Below, one piece after another: positions 51,661-64,000 of a DNA stretch of 64,000 nt. The DNA is from Mytilus trossulus. Taxonomy: Eukaryota. The stretch is taken from positions 75,826,001-75,890,000 of the forward strand of contig NC_086375.1 of assembly GCF_036588685.1 (NCBI RefSeq), read 5' to 3'. A model generated the notes under the pieces. That model saw only the letters and a list, made by a program, of their open reading frames with translations. It did no database searches and was not told the DNA's origin. A program made the translations under genes and the position numbers. Positions within the stretch are counted from its first letter, which is position 1. Every line of letters begins with the position of its first letter.

Positions 51661-53399
51661 GTTCATTCTTAAAACTGTACTTGATATAATACAAAAAAAG
51701 GTAGAGTTTTTTCCGCTTTGCTAATTTTGAGAAGTTTTTCCATACTTATACTGTCTTTGTTTGTAAATCGTACTTCTTTGAGTTTCTATGAATAAATGAG
51801 CACTGTCGGCTCATCTGCGTGTTCCATGAAAGAAACATCCCTTAGATTGACGAAATTATGTCCGCAGTGAAAAGAGAACTCCAAAAATAACCATGAAACT
51901 GTTTACTGGCGTTGTGGTATTAACCATGTGTGCCATGGATTCTTAACAAAACTCTAAAGAACTTCTGGATAGTTTAAAATCTCGATGTGTTTCTGAATAT
52001 AGCTCTACCAAAACTTTTAATTTTTTCAACCTTGTTTACCATTTCCATTGTGAAATTGATAAATCGTGTGAAAGAAATTATCGACCATGCTTTTCAACAT
52101 AAATTGGTAGTATAGACTGTTAATTTATTACTTTGGGATACCATACGGCATATTAAAAACGCTCCGATTCTAGCTTAGATATGAAAAATCTATCAAATAT
52201 GCCAAAAACTGTCACGTTTCATGATCTTTCATATGTTTTTTCATATTTTTTTTTTATTATTATTCTTTATTGTTTTCGGAGGTCGTGTCAATTTTTTATA
52301 TTCATTTTTTTTTTTATCGCAAACCACTTAAATCAGAATGAAATCCTTACGAAGGTATGTATATTTTCATGGAATCGTATGCAATACGGAAGTGCGGATT
52401 GGTGCCTTGACCGTTTATGCATGCTTCGCCAAACTTTTCAGTAACAGGTTGCAAGTGAGAAACATTCATGTATATTGATACAGAGATATTAAATAATGCC
52501 ACAAATTAATAAACTAACCTTTCGCTTGAACCAGTATTTCTATATTTCATTAAGATAGAATCTAACTTGGACTGCTTTTTTGGACGTGCCATGATGAAAT
52601 AACCAACCCAATCGCGGGTAGGGCTTTTTTACCTTCTTCGTGGGGAAAGTGAGGTGGGGGTGTTTAGAACTTCGATTATGAAAGAAATTGTTTATAAAAT
52701 CTGCAACTACACTGTCACAATTGTTTAACTTCAACTGCTAAACGCCTATGATATTTGTCATCAAACGCAGTACCGCGTTTGACATCTTCTTTTGAAGTAT
52801 AATATATTTATAGAACTTGAATACACCGTAGGTCAGACAGTAAAATTAGTAATCACGTTGCTTCTGTTAAACTTACTGTTTTATATATACTTCATTGAAT
52901 GTAAAAACAGATTCAATGCGACGACATTAATTTTCGTCGTCTGTTCAGATACTTTATTGAGCAAAGGGCAACCCATGATTTGCTAGGGGGCGCACGTCCT
53001 CCACGCACCCGCCTAAATCCGCCCCTAGTGTTATTTTGGTTTCTTGTGGAGAGTTGTCTCAATGGCATTCATACCACATCTTCTTTTTTATATAATCTGT
53101 TTGTTTTCCTCCGTTCTTCGAGGCTTTCCCGCTTTGCATATTCCACTGCAGGTCTTACAATGGATACATACACAGCTGCCTTTATAGGTTTTGTACAGCC
53201 TTTAAGGGCCAAGTTCTACATATAAATCCCGCAACGTTTTGTTTCCTTTGCCTGCTGTATTATATATGTGTTTATCCCACGTTGTTGCTGATGGTTACTC
53301 CAACATATTTACTTATATATTTCAAATATAACCGGGACAATATTTTGCCGGCGCTGGTATAGTAACCTTGGACTTTCTTGTGTTTTTGTTCATGTTTGA

Positions 53400-53670
53400 T
53401 ATACATCTGAGGAATCTGATGTACAATAGTTGTCGTTTGTTTATGTAATTATACGTGTTTCTCGTTTTGTTTATATAGATTAGACCGTTGGTTTTCCCGT
53501 TTGAATGGTCACTAGTAATTTTGGGACCCTTTATAGCTTGTTGTTCGGTGTGAGCCAAGGCTCCGTGTTGAAGGCCGTACTTCAACCTATAATGGTTTAC
53601 TTTTTAAATTGTTACCGTGGCTTGGATGGAGAGTTGTCTCATTGGCACGCACACTACATCTTCCTATATC
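53400..53670 (-). repeat. Inverted copy of the same dispersed repeat
   Basis: Reverse complement of 51440-51660 (gagccaaggctccgtgttgaaggccgtac; ggagagttgtctcattggcac). Confidence 0.75.
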
Positions 53671-54140
53671 TATAATATATAAATATGCTCAAAACTTAAT
53701 CCATGCACCCTCGTCACGCCCCCCCCCCCAAAAAAAAAACCAACAACGCACATAACACATATGAAGTTATTAAAAAATTACTAACCCCCTTTCATGATTC
53801 CCCGTAATTAATCCCCCCTTTATTTCAGGCTACAAATGACCAGCACCTTCAGGAAAAAGAGTGGTCCAGGATATTAGCAATGCAAGTTTTTTTATTCATA
53901 TTTTTCTATCTTATGATATACGAAAAAAAGTTACAAAAACTATGTATAGAAATAATATCAAATAAATCATGGGTACCATTTGGTAAAAAATATGGTACGG
54001 GTTGCCGAAAGTACAAGTCCAGGATGGAAGACTATAAATAACTCATTCGACAAACCACGACATATTCCGCGATACAAACCGAAAGTGAAAGTAAAACAGC
54101 TCAATCGATTATAGACACTGATTGAGACTGAGAAAGAAAC

Positions 54141-54212
54141 ATGTCCAAAATAACGATACTGGATGGTGGAACATCAATGGAACTTGCTAGATTGGGAAAT
54201 AAATTAATTGAG
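54141..54212 (+). CDS. HMT exon 1
   Basis: MSKITILDGGTSMELARLGNKLIE; GAG|gttgaa. Confidence 0.88.
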
Positions 54213-57200
54213 GTTGAATTTCTTTATATTTACGATAGGTTGTTGCTAGTAGTAAATGTACAGGAATTTGAAATGTTTGCAATAATTGCATAAAGCCCCA
54301 TAAAGTTTTATATTAAATTTGTCAAACACAACTACAACACTGACAGCACAGAAATAAATGGATATTTTTTTCTATTGAATTTAGCTGGATATATAAATCA
54401 ATACTGCATCTGCATTTTAATATAATCTGGTCTAAGAACACAGTAACGAATGTAGTGTGGAGTCTGGACAGTGTGTTACTTGCCAATGTTTTTTTTATCC
54501 CCCTTCCAAATGTATTTCTCTATGTTTTATGCCTCACATAGATAGAAAAGGGTGGGTGGGGGGGGGGGGGGGTGAAATGACACTGTACAAAATTTGGGTC
54601 CTAGATATATTATTAATGTTAAGTAGTGATTAGGTCCAGCTGAAAAAGGTTAAAAAAATAGCACTTTGGAAGCTGTCAAAAGATTTCAAGACCCCCTTAA
54701 CATAAAATTGTCCAAATTTTGAGTTAGAGCTGATGAAGTTTTCAATAATTTTGATATAGTTTGTCTCAAAAGTAGTACAACAACTGTAAAAATATTATTG
54801 AGAAAGGGCAGGTGGGATTTTTTTAATTTTCATTTATTGTCTAAAAGAAATGCACTATGACATAACTGTGTACTCGGACCATCTAGCAGTAAAACACCTT
54901 TTTCACATGTGTCGATGCAACTTCCCAGCAAGGACAGAAGCTCATAAACTCAGCAATCAAGTGTTAAACACAGGGTTTTGGGAATGTCCGGAGAGCCAAC
55001 AACCTTGCTTCAGAAGTTGGTGTCGATAAAGAGTGATGATCTGTAATCATCAAATAAATATAGAAATATATATTATAGAGAACTTGAGAGAGTTGTAAGC
55101 ATTACTCAAAAGAGAACAGTTCTCCTATTTGACATTTCCAAATACATGAAAGAGTGGACTATGGAAAATCTTAATTTTAATTTTGTAAAAATCTTCTAGG
55201 TGTTTGTTTAATATACATATGCCTTTTTTATGTGTATGGCTCAGATCTTGCTGTGGTTTAACATCTTAGAATTGGAAAAGTTAAATTCATATTTATGATT
55301 TTTGTCAATATTATTGTAACATTTATAAAAATCATCGTAATAAATTACTTTGCTCTTCATGGGCATTAATTAGAATACAAATATCTTATCTTATCTTATA
55401 TAAATTATGTACAAACCTGAAAACCAGGCAGTTATATATGGGAATCATGGGAAATGGGGACAACAACCCTACCAAAAAGCATAAAGCAACAATGATCACC
55501 GATGGTTTAAGTGCTGCCAAAAGTTATATGTACATGTATTGTGCACAAATGTTTTTGGTTAGAGTTAGGGTTCAGTCATGGTTATGGTTAGGTTAGGGGA
55601 TGTTCTAAGTTAGGGTTATGTTTAAGGGTTTGAGCTAGTGTTAGGTTTAGGTATGGGTTAGGGTAAGGTTTGGGGTTAAGGATAGTTTAGTATAGCTCTA
55701 TATGATCCTATATGGGATTGGACCTCTAAAGTAAAAAAATCCCAAAATGGTGACAAGATTTTGATTCTTATGGTTACATTTTTTTCTTCATTCTATAGGG
55801 TCTATGTAGAACTTCAATAAAAGAGTACTTTACTTTCAGAAAGATCCACTTTGGTCAGCCAGACTTCTTCAAACTAACCCAGCATCATTTGTACAGTGCC
55901 ATAAAAAGTAAGAATGAATAAATATATTTTAAGTAAGCAGCTGTTTTCTCTTGACCTACTCTAACAAAGTTTATTTGTAGAAATGTTTGCCCTACCTTTC
56001 CTATCAACTCAAGAAATCTATTTGAAAAAGTGTAGGATATTGAATTCTGGAGTACCTGTTGGAAAAATCATCAAGTTCTAATACATTGCCAATATATCAT
56101 AGGAAGGCAATTTTAGTCCTTCAGCAGTGACCTTAAAAGCCCACACCTTATAACAAGATCATAATTATAGTTATAGTAGCAAATTTTATTTTAAAATGAT
56201 TAATTTAGCATTTCAAAAACATCTTTACAAAAAATTCAGATCATACAGACCTGATATAAATCATCAAAATCAATAAATATAGATTTTGGCATACATGGCA
56301 TAAAGGCAATTAAAAATAAGTAAAAAACACAAGGATATTACTGAGGTTTTAAATCATACAATATAAACAAGTTCATTTTAAAAACAAATTGTTTTAAAAG
56401 TACATAAATTTTGTTGTAACAGCTGATTCTAGGGCTTCATTCATTTTGTAATATTTTAGTTTTATAGAAGCTGGTTCAGAGATAATATTGACTGGATCTT
56501 ATCAAGCATCAATAGAAGGGTTTGTAAAGCATGCAGGGGTAACAGAAGAACAGGCATACAGTTTGATTAAGAAGAGTGTTCAACTGGCACAACAAGCAGT
56601 TGAAGAAGCTAGCAAAGTTTCAGGTGAGGTTTTGAAATTTGAAAATACTTGTAAATTACAATACCAGTGTAAAAATAATCTAAAAGGAATAGCAACATTT
56701 ACAATTTTCAAGTCAATTTGCTGTGTATGTTTTGCTAAATGTATTATTTTTGGAGATATAATATAGAAAAATGTATATCTGCATCATATATTATAAGTGC
56801 CTATAAATAGCAGCACATGACATACAATAAGCCTGAATTATGTATAGATTTCATTTAAGTCCTATTTTTTACAGAAATTCATCATCTTTTTTTACCTTAT
56901 TATAACATGATTTCACATGAAGGGTTTCCAATGCCAGTCAATTTGAATAATATATGGCACCACCCGATGCCCATTGAATAGTAAAGAGTATGGTATATTT
57001 AAAATATTTCAGCAAAAATATTTGTGGGTGAGGGGTGATGCCACTAGAAAACTACCATAAAAGTAACTTTTCAAGTTTTCTTCTGGTTTGCTGGTGAAAC
57101 ATAGTAACACTTATTTTTATCATGCGAAAAACACAAATACAACCTGATAAACCTTTGGTCAGATTTTCAGAATACTTGTTATGTATAAAAAAATATCGGT

Positions 57201-60200
57201 ACTTATCTGTATCTGTTCCACATGTACATTCCCTTATTTTTAAACCAAAAGTATACAAAGAGGAAGTGAAATTAAACTAAACCAACAAGTTTTTATTAAA
57301 AATGAACAACAAAACCATACAAGGAAAATTGAGTTTGATGTAAAAGCAACTAAAGCTACCAAACAAAAATGCATATCTAAATGAAATGAAAATGGTACAT
57401 TTAAAATTTATCACGAACATAACAATGCACAGTGGTCACAACTAAAAATGCATCAGCTAAGGTGACAAATTTTTTTTTTCTCCATATCATGGTGATCATT
57501 CACCTTATAGCTGAATTCTTAATATATCTGATTTAAGGTTACAAAGCAAAGGTAGCTGGATCAGTGGGAGCTTATGGTGCCATACTACATGATGGATCAG
57601 AATATACAGGGACTTATATTGACAAAATGTCTGTTCAGGTACATTGTAGATTGATATAGGATATTGTACACCAACTTATCAACAAGTCAATATAATTGAA
57701 AGTGGGCAAAATAAACTTCTATTTAATATATGCACTCTGTATGTGCTTAGCCTAAGTCAGCTTCCTGTAGTTCAGTGGTTTTCATTGGTTAATATCTATA
57801 ATATCTGTTTTTGGTCAATTGTTTTGATATAAATTAGGCTTATCGTTTTCTTGTTTTAAATAATTTTTTTTATTTTTCATGATGAGCCTTTTCTCTTATG
57901 CAGTTCAAGAATTATAATCCTTTTTTAATTGGAACATGTGACTTCATATAACTTAGGAACTGTTCAACTAGTTCTTTTCAGATTTTGATGTATATTGTAA
58001 AATTTTGGTGTTGATTACTTTGATTTATCATATATTTAGTACAAAATACAGCTATTTTGTATATCTAATAAAGGTTCTTTTTTCCAGTCTGTATCACCTA
58101 CCCTGTATCGCATACCCCGTATCGCATGGCTAAACCCGTATCGCATACCCCGTATCGCATGGTAAAATCTGTATCGCATGCCTGGTTTTTTTTTTTTTTT
58201 TTTTTAAACTAAAGTAAAAAAAATTTGTGTTTTTTTGCTTAAGATTTTTTTTTTATAAAAATAGGTCATTTTTTGGAATGACGTCATTGTTTTGGTATGT
58301 AACTTCACGAACATCAAGTTTTCATATTGTATGTGACGTTACGAACATCAAGTTTTAACAACAATTTTTTTGGCACACTAAATGCAACTATAAAAAATAC
58401 AAAACACTCAAATATATACAAAAATAAACAAAATATTTTCAAAACAACAGATTGTAAGGTAACCTAGGTGCTTCGTATAAATAATTGAGCAGTTATTTTA
58501 AAGCTTTGAAACAAGACAAAAGCAGAACTGAAGGTAACCCATTGCTATGGATCAGAAAACAGTTCATATAATATAAAACTCTTCTGTTGAAATATATGAT
58601 AAAGCGTATAATACATGACAAAATCCGTATCACATGCCGTATCACCCTCGACCAAAATCATCCATCGGGCCTAAAGGCCCTCGGGCTGATATTGATGTCT
58701 CTGGATGATACGACATATGATACGGATTTTGCCATGTATTATTCTCTATGAATTGACGAAAAATTTTTGCAAGAGTTTGACATGTAAAAATATCTTATAT
58801 AAATTATCTTGGTTGTGTGGGGTAAAGTGTTGTATTTATAGCTGATTTGAGCTATATGTGCATTTTTTTTTATATAAAAATATATTTATTATTAAAGTGT
58901 GCTTAAATTGTCTTTCCATCCACTTAAAGTCATATGAAACGAGTGAGTGGCGAAAAATAATGTCTGTCCAATTCTTGAACCAATGCATGTATACATCATA
59001 AACTTAGCCTTCTGTGCACGATTTTATCATTATTTTCGCAAATATATCATATAATCGTCAATTTTTTTTCTCTCTGTTTGTTATGATTTAACAAATATGG
59101 CTGCTCATTAAATGCTGTGTTTTGAAGCTGAGTTTAACCGATTGTCACCTTATAGTAAACAAATCACAAAAAGCATGGGTATTGAGCACGTGTTTAACAT
59201 GTATAATCAGATATTTGTTTATTTCAATGACAAATCCATGCGTATTGTGGTCACCGGATTTTTACGAGGAGGGTTACGCTCGGGTCACTATGCATACGGA
59301 AAATATGTCGGCGAATTGCTTGCTGGAAGCAAGCAATTAAAAATAAGTAAACTTCTTCTAAATGTGGACAAATTAAAGAATTTTCCTCAGAAAAAAGTAT
59401 ATGTACATAAGTTGTATAATGAAAACTATCCATTTAGTTATAAAAAACATATGCATATTTTTTTTTTAATTTGAGGTTTCTTATGACTGTAACTCTTCAT
59501 AAATATAAGTTACTTATTAGAAAAAAAATCAAATAGAGTTGTCTCCCATTGTATGAAAATAAATTTTTCAAGTGATATAAATTGACAACTGAAAACAATT
59601 CTATGTAGATCTTAAAAACAATAATCTAATGAAATAAAATTATTGAATGTATTAGAAATTTGTTAGAAAATTTAAAAAAAAAAGTTTTAAAAGGGCATTG
59701 AAGAAGAATGTACTATTTTAGACCAAAAGCGATTATAAAAATTTTAAGTATATCCAAAAATTTGTAAGATTTGAGAAATTGCATGCTAAATCTGTATAGG
59801 TCAAGAATGCTAAAAATATTAATTTCATATTTTTCATTTATTGCTGTTTGTTTTTTTTAGGAAATTAAAGATGGCCACAGACAAAGAATAAAAGCATTAG
59901 TTGAAGCCAACCCTGATTATATTGCAATAGAAACAATTCCTTCATCTATTGAGGCAAAAGCAGTCGTAGATTTATTAGCGGAAGAATTTCCAGGAATAAA
60001 GTGTTGGGTTTCATATACATGTAAAGTAAGTGAAGATAGATATTCTTTCATTTAAGTATTGTTCAAATGTATAAGTCCTATTATACTTGTTATGTTAGAG
60101 AAAAGATAGCAACATGGGAAATCGTTTTATTAATTTAAACTAAGTACTTATTGATTCAAACTAAGTTTCATACATAATTCCTGATATATCAAAGAAATAA

Positions 60201-62274
60201 GCTAAATATTCAGGTAGAAAAGAATATAATATAAAAGAGAAAAAGCTTAAAGATCTAATAGTTATAGTGGAAATGATTATTAGTACTTATTTGATGTTAT
60301 AAGGAAGAATTAAGGTAACACAGTGAAAGCAATAAAAATGTTTTGGAACATAAATGAAAAGCAGAATTGTTAAAAATCTTGCCTCCATCAGGAAGAATTT
60401 TACAGATATATCTAGCCTGCATCCATTTGATTTCTATCTTATATATTGTTATATAAATTTTGTTTTTTCTTTTTTTTATAAAATGAATAGGATGAAAATC
60501 ATACAGGGTATGGTGAAGTTTTCTCAGATGCAGTAAAGGAAGTGGTATTCTGCGACAATGTTGTTGCTGTTGGTATTAACTGTACTCATCCAAGGTTTAT
60601 CTCCCCCTTATTAAAAAGTTTACAGCATTTAAACTTAACTAAAGCTGTGATGATTAAACCTAACAGTGGAGAAGATTGGTCTACAGAAAAAGGGTATAAT
60701 ATTTTTATTTACTTAGCCTTATTCATAAGACATGTTTAAGTACATCCATTTCATTAAGAGTCATTTAAAAAAACAAATCTAATTGACTGTGAAATTGTGT
60801 ACAGTGTACATGTGTATGTATAATTACATTAAATGTCTTGAAACAAGTAAAGAGAGGTTCTTTTGAATTATAGACTGAAAAATATGTAAGTATTATAACC
60901 ATCCTTATAAACTAACATTATATGTCTGTAATGGTTTTTGTTCAGTGTTTGTTATTTTATTCCCTTGCCTGTTCCTTTAACTTTCATTTTTGTCTAACCA
61001 AAGATGAATGTTGAAGAATATGAGATATACAGTATGAAATTCTGGCTACATCTTAGGCTTTCTTTAAAGAGCTTCACAATTCAGAAGAGCTGAAAAATCT
61101 TTATCTTGTATACTGAGACCTTATGGTCTGATTTTTATTTATAAAAGGCACATGTACATTTCCTTGACCTTCTTTTTATGGTTCAGTGACAGCTTTAAAA
61201 ATTGCATACTGATTACTCACAGTTTTTTTTATCAATTGATCATTTTGGTTATTTTGATTAAATGGACAACTTTATTAGGTATATAGAATCCTTGTAAGGT
61301 ATACATGTCTGTGACCTTGGCACACCATTTAATATGGCCTTGATTCCACTTATTAACTTTATTTCAAACAATATTTAGTTTTATCTTACCTAAAATATTT
61401 CTTCATATCTTTATATCTCTTTATTAAAGCCCCCGCAAACTAGTCTGCACTGGCTTATAGTTATTTGATCACTCTGTCTGTTGATCCATTTTGACTTCAA
61501 TGTTGTATGATAGGTCAAGATTGCCTCAACCCATTTCAATAGTTAACTCAAAGTGTTAATATCTATAAAAGGAAGGTATATCAATTAATTTTTGTGAAAA
61601 TGTGGGATACAAATTGTTGTTAAAACAATTGTGATTTTTGTTGTAGGATTTTAAAATGAATATTATTGTAAAGGTAAAACTTGGTTTCTTGTGTAAAAAA
61701 AAGGTAAAAACTGATTTTTTTGGTGAAACTATCACAAATTTTGAGAAACATCTATTTCTACAAGGGCTTTTAATCAAATTTGTTCCATAACATTAGTTTG
61801 CTGTTTCAAATTGAATCTGTATGGAAAAGTAAAATGAATTTTAAAATGATAGCAAAAATACATTACAAATTCATAGTATGAATTTTCTGAGAAACTATGA
61901 AATATTCGTAATATCCTATGATTAATTCCTTGTGTCAAAATTTATCTAAATTTGACATCCAATGAACATGTATTGCTTTGTTTGCATGAGTATTAATCAT
62001 TTGTTTCAAAGTGACCAAAACCAAAAGTATAGAAGTGGACCCCTTCCTGACTTGAGTTTCTAGTTTTCTATATTATTTTCCCTTTGATCTACAGTACTTA
62101 TACATTTATTAAAGGTGGTATGGTAGAGCAGAGTCGTCTCCCCTTAGACCAGAACAGATCAAAGAGTGGATTGGTTTAGGAGCTACATGGATAGGAGGAT
62201 GTTGTCAGATCTTTTCTCCCGATATAGCTAGTATGGCTAAAGTGATAAAGGCTTATGTAAAGGAAAATGACTGA
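54141..62274 (+). CDS. Homocysteine S-methyltransferase (HMT/MmuM family), 7 exons, 310 aa
   Basis: Spliced 933 nt ORF with ILDGG, PLWSA, VAGSVGAYGAILHDGSEYTG, ETIP, and the Zn-ligand motifs GINC and GGCC, plus PNSGE. Confidence 0.93.
54428..54881. mobile_element. MITE, family shared with 14168-14635
   Basis: tggtctaagaacacagt ... actgtgtactcggacca. Confidence 0.7.
55555..55690 (+). repeat. Degenerate (TTAGGG)-like tract
   Basis: ggttagagttagggtt...ggttaggttagggg...gggttagggtaagg. Confidence 0.6.
55840..55907 (+). CDS. HMT exon 2
   Basis: KDPLWSARLLQTNPASFVQCHK; tttcag / gtaag. Confidence 0.92.
56460..56623 (+). CDS. HMT exon 3
   Basis: FIEAGSEIILTGSYQASIEGF...; ttttag / G|gtgag. Confidence 0.93.
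57538..57638 (+). CDS. HMT exon 4
   Basis: YKAKVAGSVGAYGAILHDGSEYTGTY; tttaag / CAG|gtac. Confidence 0.92.
58025..58748. mobile_element. Element ending in a long hairpin
   Basis: Hairpin about 58612-58740 (acatgacaaaatccgtatca ... tgatacggattttgccatgt); (cgtatcgcat) sub-repeats at 58100-58180. Confidence 0.58.
58928..59488. mobile_element. TTAA-type MITE
   Basis: ttaa|agtcatatgaaac ... gtttcttatgact|gtaa. Confidence 0.6.
59861..60025 (+). CDS. HMT exon 5
   Basis: HRQRIKALVEANPDYIAIETIPSSIEA...CWVSYTCK; ttttag / gtaagt. Confidence 0.93.
60491..60693 (+). CDS. HMT exon 6
   Basis: VVAVGINCTHP...KPNSGEDW; aatag / GG|gtataa. Confidence 0.92.
62115..62274 (+). CDS. HMT exon 7 (terminal)
   Basis: WYGRAESSPL...EWIGLGATWIGGCCQIFSPDI...END*; TGA at 62272-62274. 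Confidence 0.92.
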
Positions 62275-64000
62275 CAGAGAAAAGGACAAGAACAAATCTG
62301 GGGCTTTAAAGCATATTTGTTTCATGCTTAGGGTTATTTTTTCACATCAATGAAAACACTATTCATGCTTTGGGTTATATTTGGTTTATACAAAATGAAA
62401 ATATGATACATGCTTTTGGTTATATTTGATTTATACGATGAAAATAATAGGTTCATGCAGTGGGTAAAGCTTGTTTGCTTTGTTTAATCTGACCATCAAG
62501 CTTATTTGTTACCTCAATAAGATGTGTGATTATTAAATGATGTTATTGCTGAAATATTCAAACCAATTGGACAGCATTTAACGTGCATTTAACTCAGGCT
62601 TTATCATCCTCTGATAAGCAGATTATCAAAAAGCTGCCAACAACACCAAGTTTATAGAATGAACAAGAAAGTGAATCCACAACAATCACTTATACCTATG
62701 ACGCCTATGTGGAATTTAGAGGCTTGTTTTCTGCTTAGCTGTTATCTCCAGTTACTCTGTCTATATCCATCAATAAACCTGCCACCATGATTTAGTCAAG
62801 TGTGCTGTAAGAAGTGTTAATCATCAATAATTAATCAATCAATCCAGGCATGCTCTGAGGTGTAACATCATTGTCAGAATGTGGATGTTCAAAGACACTG
62901 ACTTGACTGGCTATACAGCCCTTGCACGGTCGGTCATGTTCAAAGTGAATGTTGCTTTTCATTATATAGAGGGTCAAAGTGGATTGCCATCATCAATTTC
63001 ATGTTTTTAAATATGATTTAATAATACATTTGAAATAAAATACAAGATCTTTAGTTTTTAAAATAGAAAATTTAAAACATATTATGACATGAAAATGTGA
63101 CTTTGAAACAAGAAAATTGATTTTCCAATATTTGTTTTTACAAATGCACTGTGTTTTCTGAATGTGTTAAACATAAAAAAGCTATAATACTGAATTTCCC
63201 AAAGGTTTCTACAATTTATATCAACCACTAAGTATTGTAATTCATCACCATGATTTGTATGTGCTATGTGTTGCTGGACATTATACAGACAATATAATTA
63301 ATAAACCTAATTTAAAATGATTTGTTTTTTTGTTATGTTAAATTGTTATCTTGTTATTTTTGGGAAAAAGTATTATGGTACATATTGTTTGTTTGAATTG
63401 TTATGTTATATCTATGATATTCTATTGTATGTTATTTGGAGTGGTTTTCAAAAATATAATAAATTGCAAGAAAATTATTAAGCTACTGAAATGAATTTCA
63501 GTATCAAATATATATTTCTAAAACACAAATTAAAATGTTTAATGTATTGCATAATGTTTAAATGGGAAAGCCAATGTTGTATTAAAGATTAGAAACTGAC
63601 GTTTTTTGTTGGTTCTGTTATAAAATTATTGCCTTGGTATCTGTAGGTTTTAGTTTTTATCCCTGTATGACACAATCTAAAAACTTTAAAACTAGTTTTG
63701 TTGCTTCTCTTTTTAACTCATAGCAATAAGGAAAAAGAACAGAATCTGAGTTGAACTGTTACCTTAGAAACTAGTATGTAAAATTTGACTTCATTTATAA
63801 ACCTGGTACTAAATAATTTGCACATAATATTAACATTATTCTGAATACAGACGTTTAAAGTCCATTCATTCATATATCAAGCAACTTGTTTTTAGTGCAA
63901 GTAGCCTGACTTGAAAATTACTATTTCTTCTTTGTAAAGGACAATGTAAAAATCCATGTGGGATATTGAAAATAAGATTGAATAGATAACATCAAACATA

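Noticed and set aside
59112-59474. 120-aa ORF in HMT intron 4
   Set aside because: Inside a TTAA-type MITE, with no recognisable transposase motif.

Overview
AT-rich, intron-rich animal genomic DNA; the dispersed repeat families look like those of a bivalve such as Mytilus (inference). Two genes lie head-to-head. (1) On the minus strand, an unconventional myosin of MYO16 architecture (N-terminal ankyrin repeats, complete motor, one IQ-like motif). I could read 28 coding exons between 44395 and 2830, all GT-AG with consistent phases, giving about 1246 codons; the 3' end is uncertain. (2) On the plus strand, a complete 7-exon homocysteine S-methyltransferase (54141-62274, 310 aa). Introns carry many non-autonomous elements (Helentron/HINE-like, MITEs, hairpin-ended elements, SINE and LINE fragments). 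The most striking observation is that four large, mutually unrelated minisatellites inside the myosin gene (32, 63, 33 and 41-43 bp units) each begin exactly at an exon-intron boundary. Each unit is a copy of that junction (exon edge plus splice site), so four real splice sites are flanked by roughly 24-83 tandem decoy splice sites. All long repetitive ORFs in the ORF track are by-products of these arrays.
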